DNA of 64,000 nucleotides from an uncultured Acidobacteriota bacterium (GTDB lineage Bacteria; Acidobacteriota; JAQAZP01), in assembly GCA_963836075.1 (NCBI GenBank), contig CAWIIB010000009.1, forward strand, positions 1,984,001 to 2,048,000, written 5' to 3'. The notes under the pieces are model-generated. The model did not search any database. It worked only from the letters and a program-made list of their open reading frames with translations, and was not told the origin of the DNA. Below are positions 38,316-48,766 of this stretch, piece after piece (the stretch's first letter is position 1; every line of letters starts with the position of its first letter). A program made the position numbers and the translations under genes.

Positions 38316-40154
38316 CTACTTTTTCCGGGAAGCCCGCTTCCTCTCGATCTCGGTGAGCAGGATCTTCCGCATGCGGATGTTCTTCGGGGTGATCTCCACC
38401 AGCTCGTCGTCGGCGATGTGCTCCAGGGCGTACTCCAGGGTCATCTCCCGTGGTGGTACGAGCTGGATCGCCTCGTCCGAACCGGCGGCGCGGATGTTGG
38501 TCAGCTTCTTGCCCTTGATGCAGTTGACCGTCAGGTCCATGCCCTTGTTGTTCACCCCGATGATCATCCCTTCGTAGAGCTCGTCTCCCGGACGGATGTA
38601 TATTTCGCCCCGGGCCTGCAGCCCCCAGATGGCGAAGCCCACCGCCTTCCCCGGGGTCATGGAGATCATCACCCCGGTCTGGCGCCTGGGCAGGTCGCCC
38701 TTGTGCTTCTGGTACTGGAAGAAGTTGTGATACATGATCGCCGTGCCGTGGGTCATGGTCAGCAGCTCGTTGCGGAATCCGATCAGTGCCCGCGAGGCAA
38801 TGGTAAACTCCAGACGGATGGTGCCCACCGCACTCATGATGATGTTCCCCATTTCGCCCTTACGCTCGCCGATGGCCTGCATCACCGGCCCCTGGTACTC
38901 GGGGTCGACCTCGATCACCACCTCTTCCACCGGCTCCAGCAGGCCGTGGTCAACCTCCTTGAGGATCACCTCGGGGCGGGAGACCTCCAGCTCGTAGCCC
39001 TCGCGGCGCATGGTTTCGATGAGGATCGAGAGGTGCAGCTCGCCGCGGCCCGACACCTTGAACCGGTCACCGCTCTCGGTCTCCTCCACCCGCACCCCGA
39101 CATTGATCATCGCCTCGTGCATCAGCCGCTCGCGGATGTGGCGCGAGGTGAGGAAGCGGCCGCCGTCCTGGCCGGCCAGCGGGCTGGTGCTGTGGGAGAA
39201 GTTCATCGAGATTGTCGGTTCGTCGATCTTGACCATCGGCAGCAGCTCGGGGTTCTCCGGTGCGGCCAGGGTTGAACCCACCTTGGCGTTCTCGAACCCG
39301 GCGAATGAGACGATCTCACCGGCCATGGCCGAATCCGCCTCCACCCGCACCAGGCCTTTGTACTTGAGGATCTTGGTCAGCCGTCCCCGCTCGTGGTGCC
39401 CGTCCCGCCGGACCAGAACCAGCGATTCGCCCGTTTTGACCCTGCCGTGAACGATCCGCCCCACGGCGATACGGCCGATGTAGTTGTCGTACTCCAGCAT
39501 GGTCACCAGCATCTGGAACGGCTTCTCCGGATCGCCCACCGGCGGCAGTACCCGGCGCAGCATGGTATTGAGCAAGGGGGCCATATCGTCGCTCTGGCCG
39601 TCGCTCTCCAGCATGGCGTAGCCGTCCTTGGCCGAGGCGAAGACGATGGGGAAGTCCAGTTGCTCGTCGGTGGCGTTCAGTTCGCAGAAGAGGTCGAAGG
39701 TCATGTCGGCCACTTCGTCGGGCCGGGCGCCGGGCCGGTCGATCTTGTTGATCACCACGATCGGCTTGAGGTGCAGTTCCAGCGATTTTTTGAGCACGAA
39801 CTTGGTTTGCGGCATCGGCCCTTCAAAGGCGTCCACCAGCAGCAGCACGCCGTCCACCATCTTCAGTATCCGCTCCACCTCGCTGCCGAAGTCGGCGTGG
39901 CCCGGGGTGTCGACGATATTGAACAGGGTGTCCTTCCATTTGAAGGAGGCGTTCTTGGAGAAGATGGTGATCCCCCGTTCCTTCTCCAGGGGGTTGGAGT
40001 CCATGATCGCGATTTCGCCCTTGCGGAAGTCGTGAGCGCCGGTCTGGCGGAGCAAGGCGTCCACCAGGGTGGTCTTGCCGTGATCGACGTGGGCGATGAT
40101 CGCCACGTTGCGAATTTCCCTGATCCGCTTTTGTCTTTCCTGCTGGCCGGACAT
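38316..40154 (-). CDS. typA: Translational GTPase TypA/BipA
   Basis: RNVAIIAHVDHGKTTLVD, ERGITI, DTPGHADF, GRGELHL and KKLTNIRAAGSD. Confidence 0.97.
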   Translation of the reverse strand: MSGQQERQKRIREIRNVAIIAHVDHGKTTLVDALLRQTGAHDFRKGEIAIMDSNPLEKERGITIFSKNASFKWKDTLFNIVDTPGHADFGSEVERILKMVDGVLLLVDAFEGPMPQTKFVLKKSLELHLKPIVVINKIDRPGARPDEVADMTFDLFCELNATDEQLDFPIVFASAKDGYAMLESDGQSDDMAPLLNTMLRRVLPPVGDPEKPFQMLVTMLEYDNYIGRIAVGRIVHGRVKTGESLVLVRRDGHHERGRLTKILKYKGLVRVEADSAMAGEIVSFAGFENAKVGSTLAAPENPELLPMVKIDEPTISMNFSHSTSPLAGQDGGRFLTSRHIRERLMHEAMINVGVRVEETESGDRFKVSGRGELHLSILIETMRREGYELEVSRPEVILKEVDHGLLEPVEEVVIEVDPEYQGPVMQAIGERKGEMGNIIMSAVGTIRLEFTIASRALIGFRNELLTMTHGTAIMYHNFFQYQKHKGDLPRRQTGVMISMTPGKAVGFAIWGLQARGEIYIRPGDELYEGMIIGVNNKGMDLTVNCIKGKKLTNIRAAGSDEAIQLVPPREMTLEYALEHIADDELVEITPKNIRMRKILLTEIERKRASRKK

Positions 40155-40272
40155 GCTGTCCCCTTTGTTGCTCGTTAATTGACCGCCGGGCGGCTGGCGC
40201 GAGCCGAGAGACTACACCCTGGGGGCTGGTGAAGCAACAGCAAAATTTCGGGAGATCAACTGGCCACCAGGG

Positions 40273-40551
40273 TTATTCGCCCCCGAATACCACCACCCAG
40301 GGGCGCACCTGCCACCTGGCGATCAACCCGTTACGCACATAGGGGTCGTTCTCGGCAAAGGCCTCGGCCGTTTCCGGGCCCGCACCGCGAAAGACGAGCA
40401 GGGCGCTGTCCGCCGGCTCGTCCAGGGCCCCGGCCATCACCAGCTCGCCCCGCTCGTATGCCTCGGTGGCGTAAGCCAGGTGCTGGTCCCGGTAGGGCGC
40501 CCGTTTTTCCACGTAGTTTTCAACCGTGTCGTAGAACAGGACGTAGTGCAT
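40273..40551 (-). CDS. YciI family protein
   Basis: RAPYRDQHL, MAGAL and DPYVRNGL. Confidence 0.88.
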   Translation of the reverse strand: MHYVLFYDTVENYVEKRAPYRDQHLAYATEAYERGELVMAGALDEPADSALLVFRGAGPETAEAFAENDPYVRNGLIARWQVRPWVVVFGGE

Positions 40552-40562
40552 GCGTTCCTCCG

Positions 40563-41426
40563 CTACTTCCGAATAAAGCTGCCGTCGCGCAGGTCCCGGA
40601 GCGCCTGCTCGATCTCCTCCCGGGTGTTCATCACGAAGGGTCCGTGCCGGGCCACCGGTTCGCCAAGCGGCTTTCCGGCAAGCAGCAGGAGGCGGGCGCC
40701 TTGATCCCCCGCGATGATCCGTACCCGCTCACCATCGGTAAACGAGACAAACCCCCTGCTGTTCAGCGCTGTTCCGCCGCCATCCTCATTCACGCCGCAA
40801 GCGGCCCGGCCTTCGAAAACATAGGCCAGCACGGTGTGCCCCAACGGTGTGGGGTGAGTGAAATCGATCCCCCCGGGCAGGGTCACATCGAGGTAGACTG
40901 GTTGGGCGGCGATCCCGGTAACCGGGCCGGCGGTGCCCTGCACGTCTCCGGCGATCACCCGGACCTCGATACCACCGCTCCCGCGCACCACAGGGATTTC
41001 TCCGGCGGTGATGTCCTGGTAGCGGGGCGGAGACATTTTCTGTCTGGCCGGGAGGTTGACCCAGAGCTGGAAGCCGGTCATCCCGCCCTCCACCGCCTGG
41101 GGCATTTCCTCGTGCATGATTCCGCTGCCCGACGTCATCCACTGGGCGTCCCCTGGACCGATGGTGCCCTTGTTGCCGATGGAATCGCCGTGTCTGATCT
41201 TGCCTTTGAGCAGGTAGGTCACCGTCTCGATCCCGCGGTGCGGATGCCAGGGAAAGCCGCGGACGAAGTCTTCGGGCTCATCGCCGCTGAAATCGTCGAA
41301 AAGGAGGAAGGGATCGAGGTAGTCCACCTCGCCCCAGGGGAAGCTGCGGTGCAGCCGGACCCCGGCGCCCTCCATCACCTCCGCCGGCGTGATCACTCTC
41401 GACACAGCGCGCCAGGTGTTACTCAT
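40563..41426 (-). CDS. Pirin family protein
   Basis: DPFLLFD, HPHRGIETVTY, GIMHEE, QLWVNLP and GPFVMN. Confidence 0.95.
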   Translation of the reverse strand: MSNTWRAVSRVITPAEVMEGAGVRLHRSFPWGEVDYLDPFLLFDDFSGDEPEDFVRGFPWHPHRGIETVTYLLKGKIRHGDSIGNKGTIGPGDAQWMTSGSGIMHEEMPQAVEGGMTGFQLWVNLPARQKMSPPRYQDITAGEIPVVRGSGGIEVRVIAGDVQGTAGPVTGIAAQPVYLDVTLPGGIDFTHPTPLGHTVLAYVFEGRAACGVNEDGGGTALNSRGFVSFTDGERVRIIAGDQGARLLLLAGKPLGEPVARHGPFVMNTREEIEQALRDLRDGSFIRK

Positions 41427-41808
41427 CGGTTTTCTCCATTGCCTTCTGGTAGAGCGCGGAGCACGACCCGGAAGGGTCCCGGATCACGCAGTAGAGGTCC
41501 CGGCCCATTGCTTTTGGCGGGACCACCAGTTCGCCCCCCAGTTCGAGACAGCGCGCCACACTCTGGTCGAGATCCTCCACGGTGATATAGATCAGCCAGC
41601 CCGGAGGGAATGTTGCGTTGCCCCCCTCCCTGTGGCAGATGCCGGCCACCGGTCCGTCGCCGTCCGGCGGGCTCATGCAGTAGTCCTGATAACCGCCGTC
41701 CATTTCCACATCTTCCGCCACCCAGCCGGCGACCGAGCGGTAGAAGTCGCGGATCTCCCCGGCGTTCTCCACGGTGAGGTCGATCCAGCCGATACTGCCG
41801 ATTTTCAT
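41419..41808 (-). CDS. VOC/glyoxalase family protein
   Basis: WIDLTV…FYRSVAGW, AGICH, WLIYITV and IRDPSG. Confidence 0.88.
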   Translation of the reverse strand: MKIGSIGWIDLTVENAGEIRDFYRSVAGWVAEDVEMDGGYQDYCMSPPDGDGPVAGICHREGGNATFPPGWLIYITVEDLDQSVARCLELGGELVVPPKAMGRDLYCVIRDPSGSCSALYQKAMEKTDE

Positions 41809-41838
41809 GCGTTACCGCCTTTCCCGGTGGCTGCGCCG

Positions 41839-42402
41839 TCAGGCAGGCCAGAGCCAGCCGAAGGTGCCGGCGGTGAAGGCCGCGTAGATCAGGCCGTCGA
41901 ACATCGATTTCAGGGTGGTGCCCCAGGAGCGCTTGTACCAGATGGAGTTCTGCATCAGGGCCAGGCTGTAGCCGGCAAAGGCCGCGGCGCCCACAAAGCG
42001 AAAGATGCTCAAGTACTGGTGAGCTCCGGGCCCCAGGGCCCGGCTGGCGATATAGGCGGCAAAGAAGCTCACCACGATGCTGTAGCAGAACCAGAGCACC
42101 ATGCTGGCCGCCATTTTGGGCGGTCCGTTCTCCAGCACCGTCATCAACACCACCGGGCCCTTCTCGAACCGTTCCTTCCACTCCGGTTTTTCCAGGTCCT
42201 TGAAGTTCTTGCAGTGCGGCAGGAAATAGTCCCCGGTCGGGATCTTGAACGGGCGCAGGGCCTCCTGAACGTCATCCTGGTTCTCCACCCCGCGGAAGTC
42301 CGATTTGTGGTAGGGCAGCAGCATGTGGATGACGGTGCTGATCACGAAGACGATCACTGCCGAGAGCAGGATCGGAAGCCAGAGGGAAAGCAGGGGTACC
42401 AT
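41839..42402 (-). CDS. Hypothetical membrane protein
   Basis: Four hydrophobic segments; GGAGG ribosome-binding site; operon context. Confidence 0.75.
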   Translation of the reverse strand: MVPLLSLWLPILLSAVIVFVISTVIHMLLPYHKSDFRGVENQDDVQEALRPFKIPTGDYFLPHCKNFKDLEKPEWKERFEKGPVVLMTVLENGPPKMAASMVLWFCYSIVVSFFAAYIASRALGPGAHQYLSIFRFVGAAAFAGYSLALMQNSIWYKRSWGTTLKSMFDGLIYAAFTAGTFGWLWPA

Positions 42403-42480
42403 GTTTTCCTCCTTTTCGGAAATTGTCGTTTCGTCTCCGACCCGGTTGTGGGACGGGAGACCCCAGGCGGTGAAGGATGG

Positions 42481-42684
42481 TCACCCGCCCCGCCGCATTT
42501 CATAGAGGCCGGCCAGCGCCAGGGCGACACCCATGCCGCAGGCGATACCAATGAAGAAGCCGATTATGAAATCCCACCACGACTGCTCGGGGGATGCCAG
42601 GCCCAGACCGATCACCAGCACCATGCCCAGACCGCCGAGGATCGCCAGCACCGAGCCGACCCCCATTTTTGTGCGTGCTTCCAT
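42481..42684 (-). CDS. Small two-TM membrane protein
   Basis: ATG 42684 follows the RidA-family stop; two hydrophobic helices. Confidence 0.6.
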   Translation of the reverse strand: MEARTKMGVGSVLAILGGLGMVLVIGLGLASPEQSWWDFIIGFFIGIACGMGVALALAGLYEMRRGG

Positions 42685-42686
42685 CT

Positions 42687-43100
42687 TCACTCCCCTTTGC
42701 TGAGCGGACCCTCGTCTCCCAGCCAGGCATCCGCCTCGATTTCCACCAGCATGTCCGGGGAGACCAGGCGGCTCACTTCCACCAGGGTGGCGGCCGGCTT
42801 CACCGTGCTGAAGAATTCGCCGTGGGCCCGTCCCACCGACTCCCAGCGGTTGATGTCGGTGACGTAGATCCGGGTGCGGGTCACGTCGGCCAGCGAAGCG
42901 CCGGCCCGGACCAGCACCGCCTCGATGTTGCGGATGCACTGCACCGCCTGGGCATAGGGGTCGTCCCGGCCGACTATGGTTCCGGAATCGTCGGTGGCCG
43001 TGGTACCGGCCACCTGGATCAGGGGCCCGGTCTTCACCGCGCGGGAATAGCCCACGATCTCTTCCCAGGGCGCCCCGGAAGCATAGCGTTCCTTTTTCAT
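42687..43100 (-). CDS. RidA/YjgF family protein
   Basis: WEEIVGYSRAV, VAGTTA, DVTRTRIYV and LVEIEADA. Confidence 0.9.
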   Translation of the reverse strand: MKKERYASGAPWEEIVGYSRAVKTGPLIQVAGTTATDDSGTIVGRDDPYAQAVQCIRNIEAVLVRAGASLADVTRTRIYVTDINRWESVGRAHGEFFSTVKPAATLVEVSRLVSPDMLVEIEADAWLGDEGPLSKGE

Positions 43101-43208
43101 GGTCCCATAACTCCTGTGGGTTGATTTCCGGGTCAGTATGACATCAAATATATAGTTCCGGACAGATTTTTTCTAATATTGCCGGCCGGTTTCCTGGTGC
43201 CGCAGTCC

Positions 43209-44660
43209 ATGAATATCCCTGACATCACCGTATCGCGAGCCTATTGCGCCATGCTGGCCATGGCCCTGCTCGTTGCCGCCGGGGCCTGCTCCGACGGGAA
43301 ACCGGCCCGGTCGAATCTGCTGATCATCGTCTCCGATGCCCTGCGGGCCGATGTTCTCGGCTGTTACGGCGGGGCGGCCCGCACGCCGAACATCGACCGG
43401 TTGGCCGGTAACGGTGTCCTTTTCCAGCGCTGCTACAGCACCGCCCCCTGGACCTGGCCCGCGGCGGTGAGCATGTTCACCGGCAACTATCCCGCCGCGT
43501 ACCACCCCACCGTGGAACAGCTATTTCCGCAAAAACGGCCGGAGGCGGCGCCGGTGACCGTCTGCTATGTTCCTGAGGAGGAGCTGTTGATTGGCGAGGC
43601 TTTTGACGCGGCGGGATACGAGGTACGGATGGCCCTGCAGAATCCGCTGCCCCGGCGGTCGAACTGCCTTCAGGGTTTCCATGAACTGGATCCCGCGGCC
43701 GTCACTGCCGAGCGGAAGACCGCGGTGGAACGGGTGACCGGACCGAATGTTCGCCAGTCGGACCAGCTCATGGCCCTGCTGGACTACCTGCTGGAAGTAC
43801 CGGCCGGGCGGCCGTTCTGTTTGCTGGGCTGGGTCCTCGACCCCCACGGGGAATACGACCCGCCATTGCGCTTCAAACCGCGGGTTGCCCCGGGGGATGA
43901 ACCCCTGCCCCGGGAGCACCGCTTTTACGCCGACCTCAACTCGCGGCAGCTGAAAGAGCTGACGGCGGAGCTGGACCAGGGGGAGAGGGCGTATATCAAG
44001 GCGCTCTATGTGGCCGAAGTGGAATATGTGGATCAGCGGGTGGGACGCATCCTCGCCGCGCTGGAGCACCGTGGCCTGCTGGAGAACACCTTCATCGTCT
44101 TCACATCGGATCACGGCGAAGCCTTCTGGGAACACGGCTTCCCCTCCCACGGCAATACCTATTTCGAGGAGATGGTCCGTGTCCCGCTGATTTTCAGCGG
44201 CCCGGGGATCACTCCCGGGCAACGGCTGGAGGCTCCGGTGTCGCACCTCGGGCTGGCGTCCACCCTGGCCGAACTGCTGGGGGTCGGCGTGCCGGGCCAG
44301 GTGCAGGGGAGCAGTTACGCCGCTCTTCTCTCCGGTGCGCCGGCCTTCCCGGACCCGGTCTACTTCAGCGGGGCCCACCAGCAACTCCAGCAGGACTCGA
44401 TCATCGACGTGCCCTTTAAGCTGATCACCGGCCTGGATGGAGACAGGGCGCTCTTCAATCTGGTCACTGACCCTGAAGAGCTGCACGATCTGGCTGAGAA
44501 ACTGCCCGGGGTGGCGGCCGGTCTGGAAGCCGGGTTGATCCAGATCAGAGAGAAGAACCTGCAGCTGAGGGAAGGCAGGCCGGAGCCCGGCGATCCGGGT
44601 GCCGCGGCGCCGGACGACGACCTCCTGCGGCAGATGAAGGCCCTGGGCTACATCGAGTAG
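43209..44660 (+). CDS. Sulfatase-like lipoprotein, Thr-type
   Basis: Lipobox-like AAGAC; SDALRAD, APWTWPA, DPHGEY, TSDHGE and MKALGY; start uncertain. Confidence 0.82.
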   Translation: MNIPDITVSRAYCAMLAMALLVAAGACSDGKPARSNLLIIVSDALRADVLGCYGGAARTPNIDRLAGNGVLFQRCYSTAPWTWPAAVSMFTGNYPAAYHPTVEQLFPQKRPEAAPVTVCYVPEEELLIGEAFDAAGYEVRMALQNPLPRRSNCLQGFHELDPAAVTAERKTAVERVTGPNVRQSDQLMALLDYLLEVPAGRPFCLLGWVLDPHGEYDPPLRFKPRVAPGDEPLPREHRFYADLNSRQLKELTAELDQGERAYIKALYVAEVEYVDQRVGRILAALEHRGLLENTFIVFTSDHGEAFWEHGFPSHGNTYFEEMVRVPLIFSGPGITPGQRLEAPVSHLGLASTLAELLGVGVPGQVQGSSYAALLSGAPAFPDPVYFSGAHQQLQQDSIIDVPFKLITGLDGDRALFNLVTDPEELHDLAEKLPGVAAGLEAGLIQIREKNLQLREGRPEPGDPGAAAPDDDLLRQMKALGYIE

Positions 44661-44774
44661 CGTCGGTTGCCGTACCTCTTGATTACGCGCCGGCCTATCC
44701 ACTACTCTTGTCAACAGAAGCCCCGCCGCCGGCAGCGGCCCCTGGACCCGTACCGCCCTGGAAAGGAACCGACC

Positions 44775-45983
44775 ATGACCGAAGCGTACCCAGCCGACCA
44801 GCCGCTCAGCGGAATCCGAGTTCTGGACCTCTCGAGGATCCTCGCCGGCCCCACCTGCACCATGATGCTGGGGGACCTGGGCGCCGAGGTGATCAAGGTG
44901 GAGCGGCCGGGCATGGGGGACGACACCCGCACCTGGGGCCCGCCCTTTGCCGGCGGGGAAGCGGCCTACTACCTCTGCTGCAACCGCAACAAGAAGTCGA
45001 TCACCATCGACCTGAAGAACCCCAGGGGCATCGAGCTGATCAAGGAACTGGCTGAGATTTCAGACGTGGTGGTGGAGAACTTCACCCCCGGGCTGCCGAA
45101 GAAGCTGGGTGTGGACTACGAGACGCTGAAGGCGATCAACCCGCGGCTGATCTACCTTTCGATCACTGCCTACGGTCAGGATGGCCCCTACGTCGACCGG
45201 CCGGGCTACGACATGGTGCTCTCCGCGGTGGGCGGCCTGATGTGGATCACCGGCGAGGCCGACGGCCCGCCCTGCAAGGTGGGGGTGGCGATCACCGACG
45301 TGCACACCGGCACCCATGCCGCCGGGGCGATCATGGCCGCGCTTTACTGGCGCGAGCGTTCGGGCAGGGGCCAGTACATCGACTGCAGCCTGCTGGACAT
45401 CCAGGCCTCGGCGTTGGCCAACATCGCCAGCAACTGGCTGGTGGCCGGCAAGGAGGCCGTTCGCTGGGGCACGGCCCACGAGTCGATCGTGCCCTACCAG
45501 GTCTTCGAAACCGCCGACGTGCCCATCGCCATCGCCGCGGCCAACCAGAAGCTCTGGATTCGTTTTGCCATCGCGCTGTCGCGGCAGGAGTGGCTGGAGG
45601 ACCCGCGCTTCGAAACCAACCCCAAGCGGGTGGAACACCGGGACATCCTGCTGCCGCTGATCGAGGAGCGGCTAATGGAACAGACTTGCGACCAGTGGAT
45701 GAAGCTGCTGGTAATCGCCGCCGTGCCCTGCGGCCCGGTGAACAACATGGAGCGGCTGTGGAGCGACCCGCAGTTGCTGCACCGCAACATGGTCACCGCG
45801 GTGGAGCACCCCACCATCGGCACGCTGAAGCTGGCCGGTGTGCCGGTGAAGTACTCCGAGACCCCGGCGGAGATCAAGACCGCCCCGCCCCTGGTGGGCC
45901 AGCACACCGACGAGATCCTCACCGAGGTGCTGGGCCGCACACCGGAGCAGATCAAGGCGCTGCGGGAGGACGGGGCGATCTAG
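44775..45983 (+). CDS. CaiB/BaiF (family III) CoA transferase
   Basis: PLSGIRVLDLSRILAGP, LGAEVIKVE, NRNKKS, ENF and PGYD. Confidence 0.93.
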   Translation: MTEAYPADQPLSGIRVLDLSRILAGPTCTMMLGDLGAEVIKVERPGMGDDTRTWGPPFAGGEAAYYLCCNRNKKSITIDLKNPRGIELIKELAEISDVVVENFTPGLPKKLGVDYETLKAINPRLIYLSITAYGQDGPYVDRPGYDMVLSAVGGLMWITGEADGPPCKVGVAITDVHTGTHAAGAIMAALYWRERSGRGQYIDCSLLDIQASALANIASNWLVAGKEAVRWGTAHESIVPYQVFETADVPIAIAAANQKLWIRFAIALSRQEWLEDPRFETNPKRVEHRDILLPLIEERLMEQTCDQWMKLLVIAAVPCGPVNNMERLWSDPQLLHRNMVTAVEHPTIGTLKLAGVPVKYSETPAEIKTAPPLVGQHTDEILTEVLGRTPEQIKALREDGAI

Positions 45984-46133
45984 GGCGCGAAGGAAAAGAC
46001 CTTGAGAAGAAGCTGGAGTCCGACCCGGCAGGATCGCGTCACGGTAAGCCGTCAGGGGAATAGGATAGGTAACTGTCCCTGGCCAAGGCAAGGCATTGAA
46101 TCGTGACGAATTACTGAAAGAGGTAGCTGTCCC

Positions 46134-47471
46134 CTAATTCGTGCCGGCGGCATCCGGTCCCAGCAGGGACTGGAGCTGCTCGATCTGCTCGCTGTTCAGC
46201 CGCGCTTCCGCCCGGTCCACCATGCCCGAACTGCCGTACTGCTCCCGCCACTGGGTCAATCGGTCATCGTACGGACGAACCGCTTCAGGGTAGTAGTAGA
46301 CCAGGTTGTCCTGCTCTCCCGGGTCCTGGTAAAGGTCGTAGAGCTCCCGCCGGCCCGCCGCCGGGTAGGTGATCAGCTTGCGCCATCGGGTGCGCACCGA
46401 ATAGCAGTCACTGCCGTGCTGCACGACCAGGGCCGAGTTGGCGGTGGAGCGGCTGGTGCCGAAGAGGTCCCGGCCCTTCATCAGCTCTGGTATGGGCACC
46501 CCGGCCTGCATCAGCAGGGTGGGGGGGATGTCGGCACTGCCGATCAAATCGTTGACCACGTTGCCTGCCGGGATGTTGTTCCCCCAGAGCAGTAGCGGCA
46601 CATGGATCAGTTCCTCGTAGAGCTTGTCCCGGGCCAGCAGTGCACCGTGCTCGCCAAAGGTTTCCCCGTGAGCGGCGCTGATCACCACGATACAGGTGTC
46701 GAGGAACCCGGTGTGCCGCAATTCGGCGAAGAGCGTGCGCAGGGCCAGGTCGGTGCGGTGGATCCCCGCATCGTAACGGTGCTTGACCAGCTGGAGGTCT
46801 TCGGGTGCCAGCTTGCCGCCGCTGGCCAGCAGGTTGGCGGTGGTCGGTTCGAAGCTGCTGTCCGATGTGCCGAACAGCCCTTCATACTCCCCGCCGTCCG
46901 GCCAGGGCGGGTGGATTTCGTACGTCTGGAACCAGGCGAACACCGGGCGGCCGCGCTTCGACCCGCTATCGATCATCCGGGCCAGCATGCGGGCGCCGGA
47001 CAGGGCTCCGCCCCCCTCGTCTTCGAAGTCGTCAAAAGCACCCTTGAAGCCGAAGGCTCGCGAGGCGTTGCCGCCGTCGGTCACCGCCACCGTGCGGTAG
47101 CCGTGCTGCTTCAGGGTGCCGGGGAGCAGCAGCAGGCCCCAGGGGACCTCGGTGCGTGTTTTTCGTTCCAATTGCGAGTCAAGGGCCACGCGGTGGGTCT
47201 CCTGGTAGAGACCGCTGAGCAGGGTGGCATGGGAGGCGGTGGTGCCGGCGGTGCTGGTGTAGGCCTTGGTCCAGACCGTGCCCTCCCGGGCCAGCTTGTC
47301 GATGAAGGACGAGGTGGGCCGGTCATACCCGTAGATCCCCAGGTGGTCAGGCCGGCAGCTGTCGAGGGTGATCAGCAAAATGTGGGGGCGTCCGGATGTG
47401 TTGGGCGGGTGGCCCCCGCAGCCGGCCAGGATGGCGAGGGCGAGGATGATGATGAGGATGCGGATCGGCAC
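46134..47471 (-). CDS. Sulfatase-like lipoprotein, Thr-type, with a degenerate metal site
   Basis: Lipobox LAGC; LDSCRPDH, AGTTASH; SAAHG in place of TSDHG. Confidence 0.8.
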   Translation of the reverse strand: MPIRILIIILALAILAGCGGHPPNTSGRPHILLITLDSCRPDHLGIYGYDRPTSSFIDKLAREGTVWTKAYTSTAGTTASHATLLSGLYQETHRVALDSQLERKTRTEVPWGLLLLPGTLKQHGYRTVAVTDGGNASRAFGFKGAFDDFEDEGGGALSGARMLARMIDSGSKRGRPVFAWFQTYEIHPPWPDGGEYEGLFGTSDSSFEPTTANLLASGGKLAPEDLQLVKHRYDAGIHRTDLALRTLFAELRHTGFLDTCIVVISAAHGETFGEHGALLARDKLYEELIHVPLLLWGNNIPAGNVVNDLIGSADIPPTLLMQAGVPIPELMKGRDLFGTSRSTANSALVVQHGSDCYSVRTRWRKLITYPAAGRRELYDLYQDPGEQDNLVYYYPEAVRPYDDRLTQWREQYGSSGMVDRAEARLNSEQIEQLQSLLGPDAAGTN

Positions 47472-47489
47472 GCCGGTTTACCTTTACAT

Positions 47490-47630
47490 TGTCATTGCGA
47501 GCCCCCGACCCGCGGGGGCCACGGGAGGTCTACTGAAGGAACAAATGAAAAAGAATGGTGCCTGTCACTATTATTTTCAGCTGCGAATCATTGCAATGAC
47601 GGCTGGAAAATAGGTGGCTGTCACCATTTT
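47490..47630. repeat. Composite palindromic element (GTCATTGCGAG…GCAATGAC ends plus two GGTGNCTGTCAC motifs)
   Basis: Ends at 47491 and 47600; motifs at about 47557 and 47613. Confidence 0.55.
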
Positions 47631-47645
47631 CTCCATTATCTACAG

Positions 47646-47677
47646 AAAAAGGGGACAGGCCGTTGGCCTGTCCCCCC
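47646..47677 (-). terminator. Intrinsic terminator of the Mo-oxidoreductase operon
   Basis: GGGGACAGGCC…GGCCTGTCCCC hairpin with T5 on the minus strand. Confidence 0.75.
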
Positions 47678-47706
47678 AAGCATACAATAATTTACGACTG
47701 GCCGTC

Positions 47707-48672
47707 CTACTGCGGCGGCAGGGTGCCGATGCCGGCCTTGGGGTCCTTGGGCCGGGCGATGCGGCGGAACTCGAACCCGCCGATGTTCAGTGTCGGCATG
47801 GTGCCCACCACCAGCACGCTCTGGCGCAGCAGCAGGCCGCCGATCAGGCCCAGCACTGCCGAAACGACTGCGATGCCCTTCACCGTCTGGGCCGCGTCGC
47901 CGGCCATGCCGTAAAGCAGGGCCAGCGAAAGGACCAGCGGGAGGGCCAGGCCGATAACGAAATAGCCCACCACGAAGGAGGTCCGCTTGAGGATGCGCCC
48001 GGCAGACTCCGCGGCATCGGGGGTCTTGTACGACGCGTGGAGGAAGAAGAAGATGGCCAGCACCTCCAGCACCACCAGGATCGCCGCTTCCTTGGCCATC
48101 ACGCCGGTGAGGCCGGTGACCAGCCCTTCCGCCCCGCCGAAGAAAAAGATCATGCCCAGGATAACGGTGAAGTGGCCGGTGACCAGGGCCGAGATGACAA
48201 AGACCACCGGGACCACGCCGGTGCGCCAGAAGGGGATGCCCTTGGAGGCGCTGAGCAGGATGCCGGTGTAGGCCATGGTGCCGATGGCGAAGATGATGCC
48301 GAAAACGCCGACCATGTTCTTGGTGCTGTCCGGCGTGTCGGTGAACTGGTGCAGCATCAGGTGGATGAAGGAAAAGACCATGAACAGGGAAATGATGATG
48401 GTACCCCGGGCGATCCAGGAACTGCCCGGTTTCATTGCGGCCAGGACGGCCTTGGACGGCGTGCCCAGGTCTAGGATCAGGAAGATGGTGCCGATGAGCA
48501 GGGCCGGGAAGCCGATCCACAGGCCCACCGAGACCGACTCGGGACTCTTGCCGATGAAGCTGTTGATGGCGGCGATGACGTAGGCGCCGCCGCCCACCCC
48601 GCCGAGGAACAGGTAGATCGCAATCAGCCAGCCCCACTCGTGCTGCAGCTGACCGTTGGCTTTTGGATCCAT
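47707..48672 (-). CDS. NrfD/PsrC family membrane anchor subunit
   Basis: WGWLIAIYLFLGG, DLGTP, SSWIARG, YTGILL..IPFW; about 8 TM segments. Confidence 0.92.
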   Translation of the reverse strand: MDPKANGQLQHEWGWLIAIYLFLGGVGGGAYVIAAINSFIGKSPESVSVGLWIGFPALLIGTIFLILDLGTPSKAVLAAMKPGSSWIARGTIIISLFMVFSFIHLMLHQFTDTPDSTKNMVGVFGIIFAIGTMAYTGILLSASKGIPFWRTGVVPVVFVISALVTGHFTVILGMIFFFGGAEGLVTGLTGVMAKEAAILVVLEVLAIFFFLHASYKTPDAAESAGRILKRTSFVVGYFVIGLALPLVLSLALLYGMAGDAAQTVKGIAVVSAVLGLIGGLLLRQSVLVVGTMPTLNIGGFEFRRIARPKDPKAGIGTLPPQ

Positions 48673-48766
48673 TTTGTCTCCCTCACTATTTACGAAGTAT
48701 GAATCTTGTATACCGTGAATCCATGTCAGCAATCGCGGGGCGGGCCGTGACCCGCCCCGCGGCGAT

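Noticed and set aside
48734-48761. GC hairpin between the 4Fe-4S and NrfD genes
   Set aside because: No U-tract; most likely an mRNA stability or processing stem, which is not distinctive.
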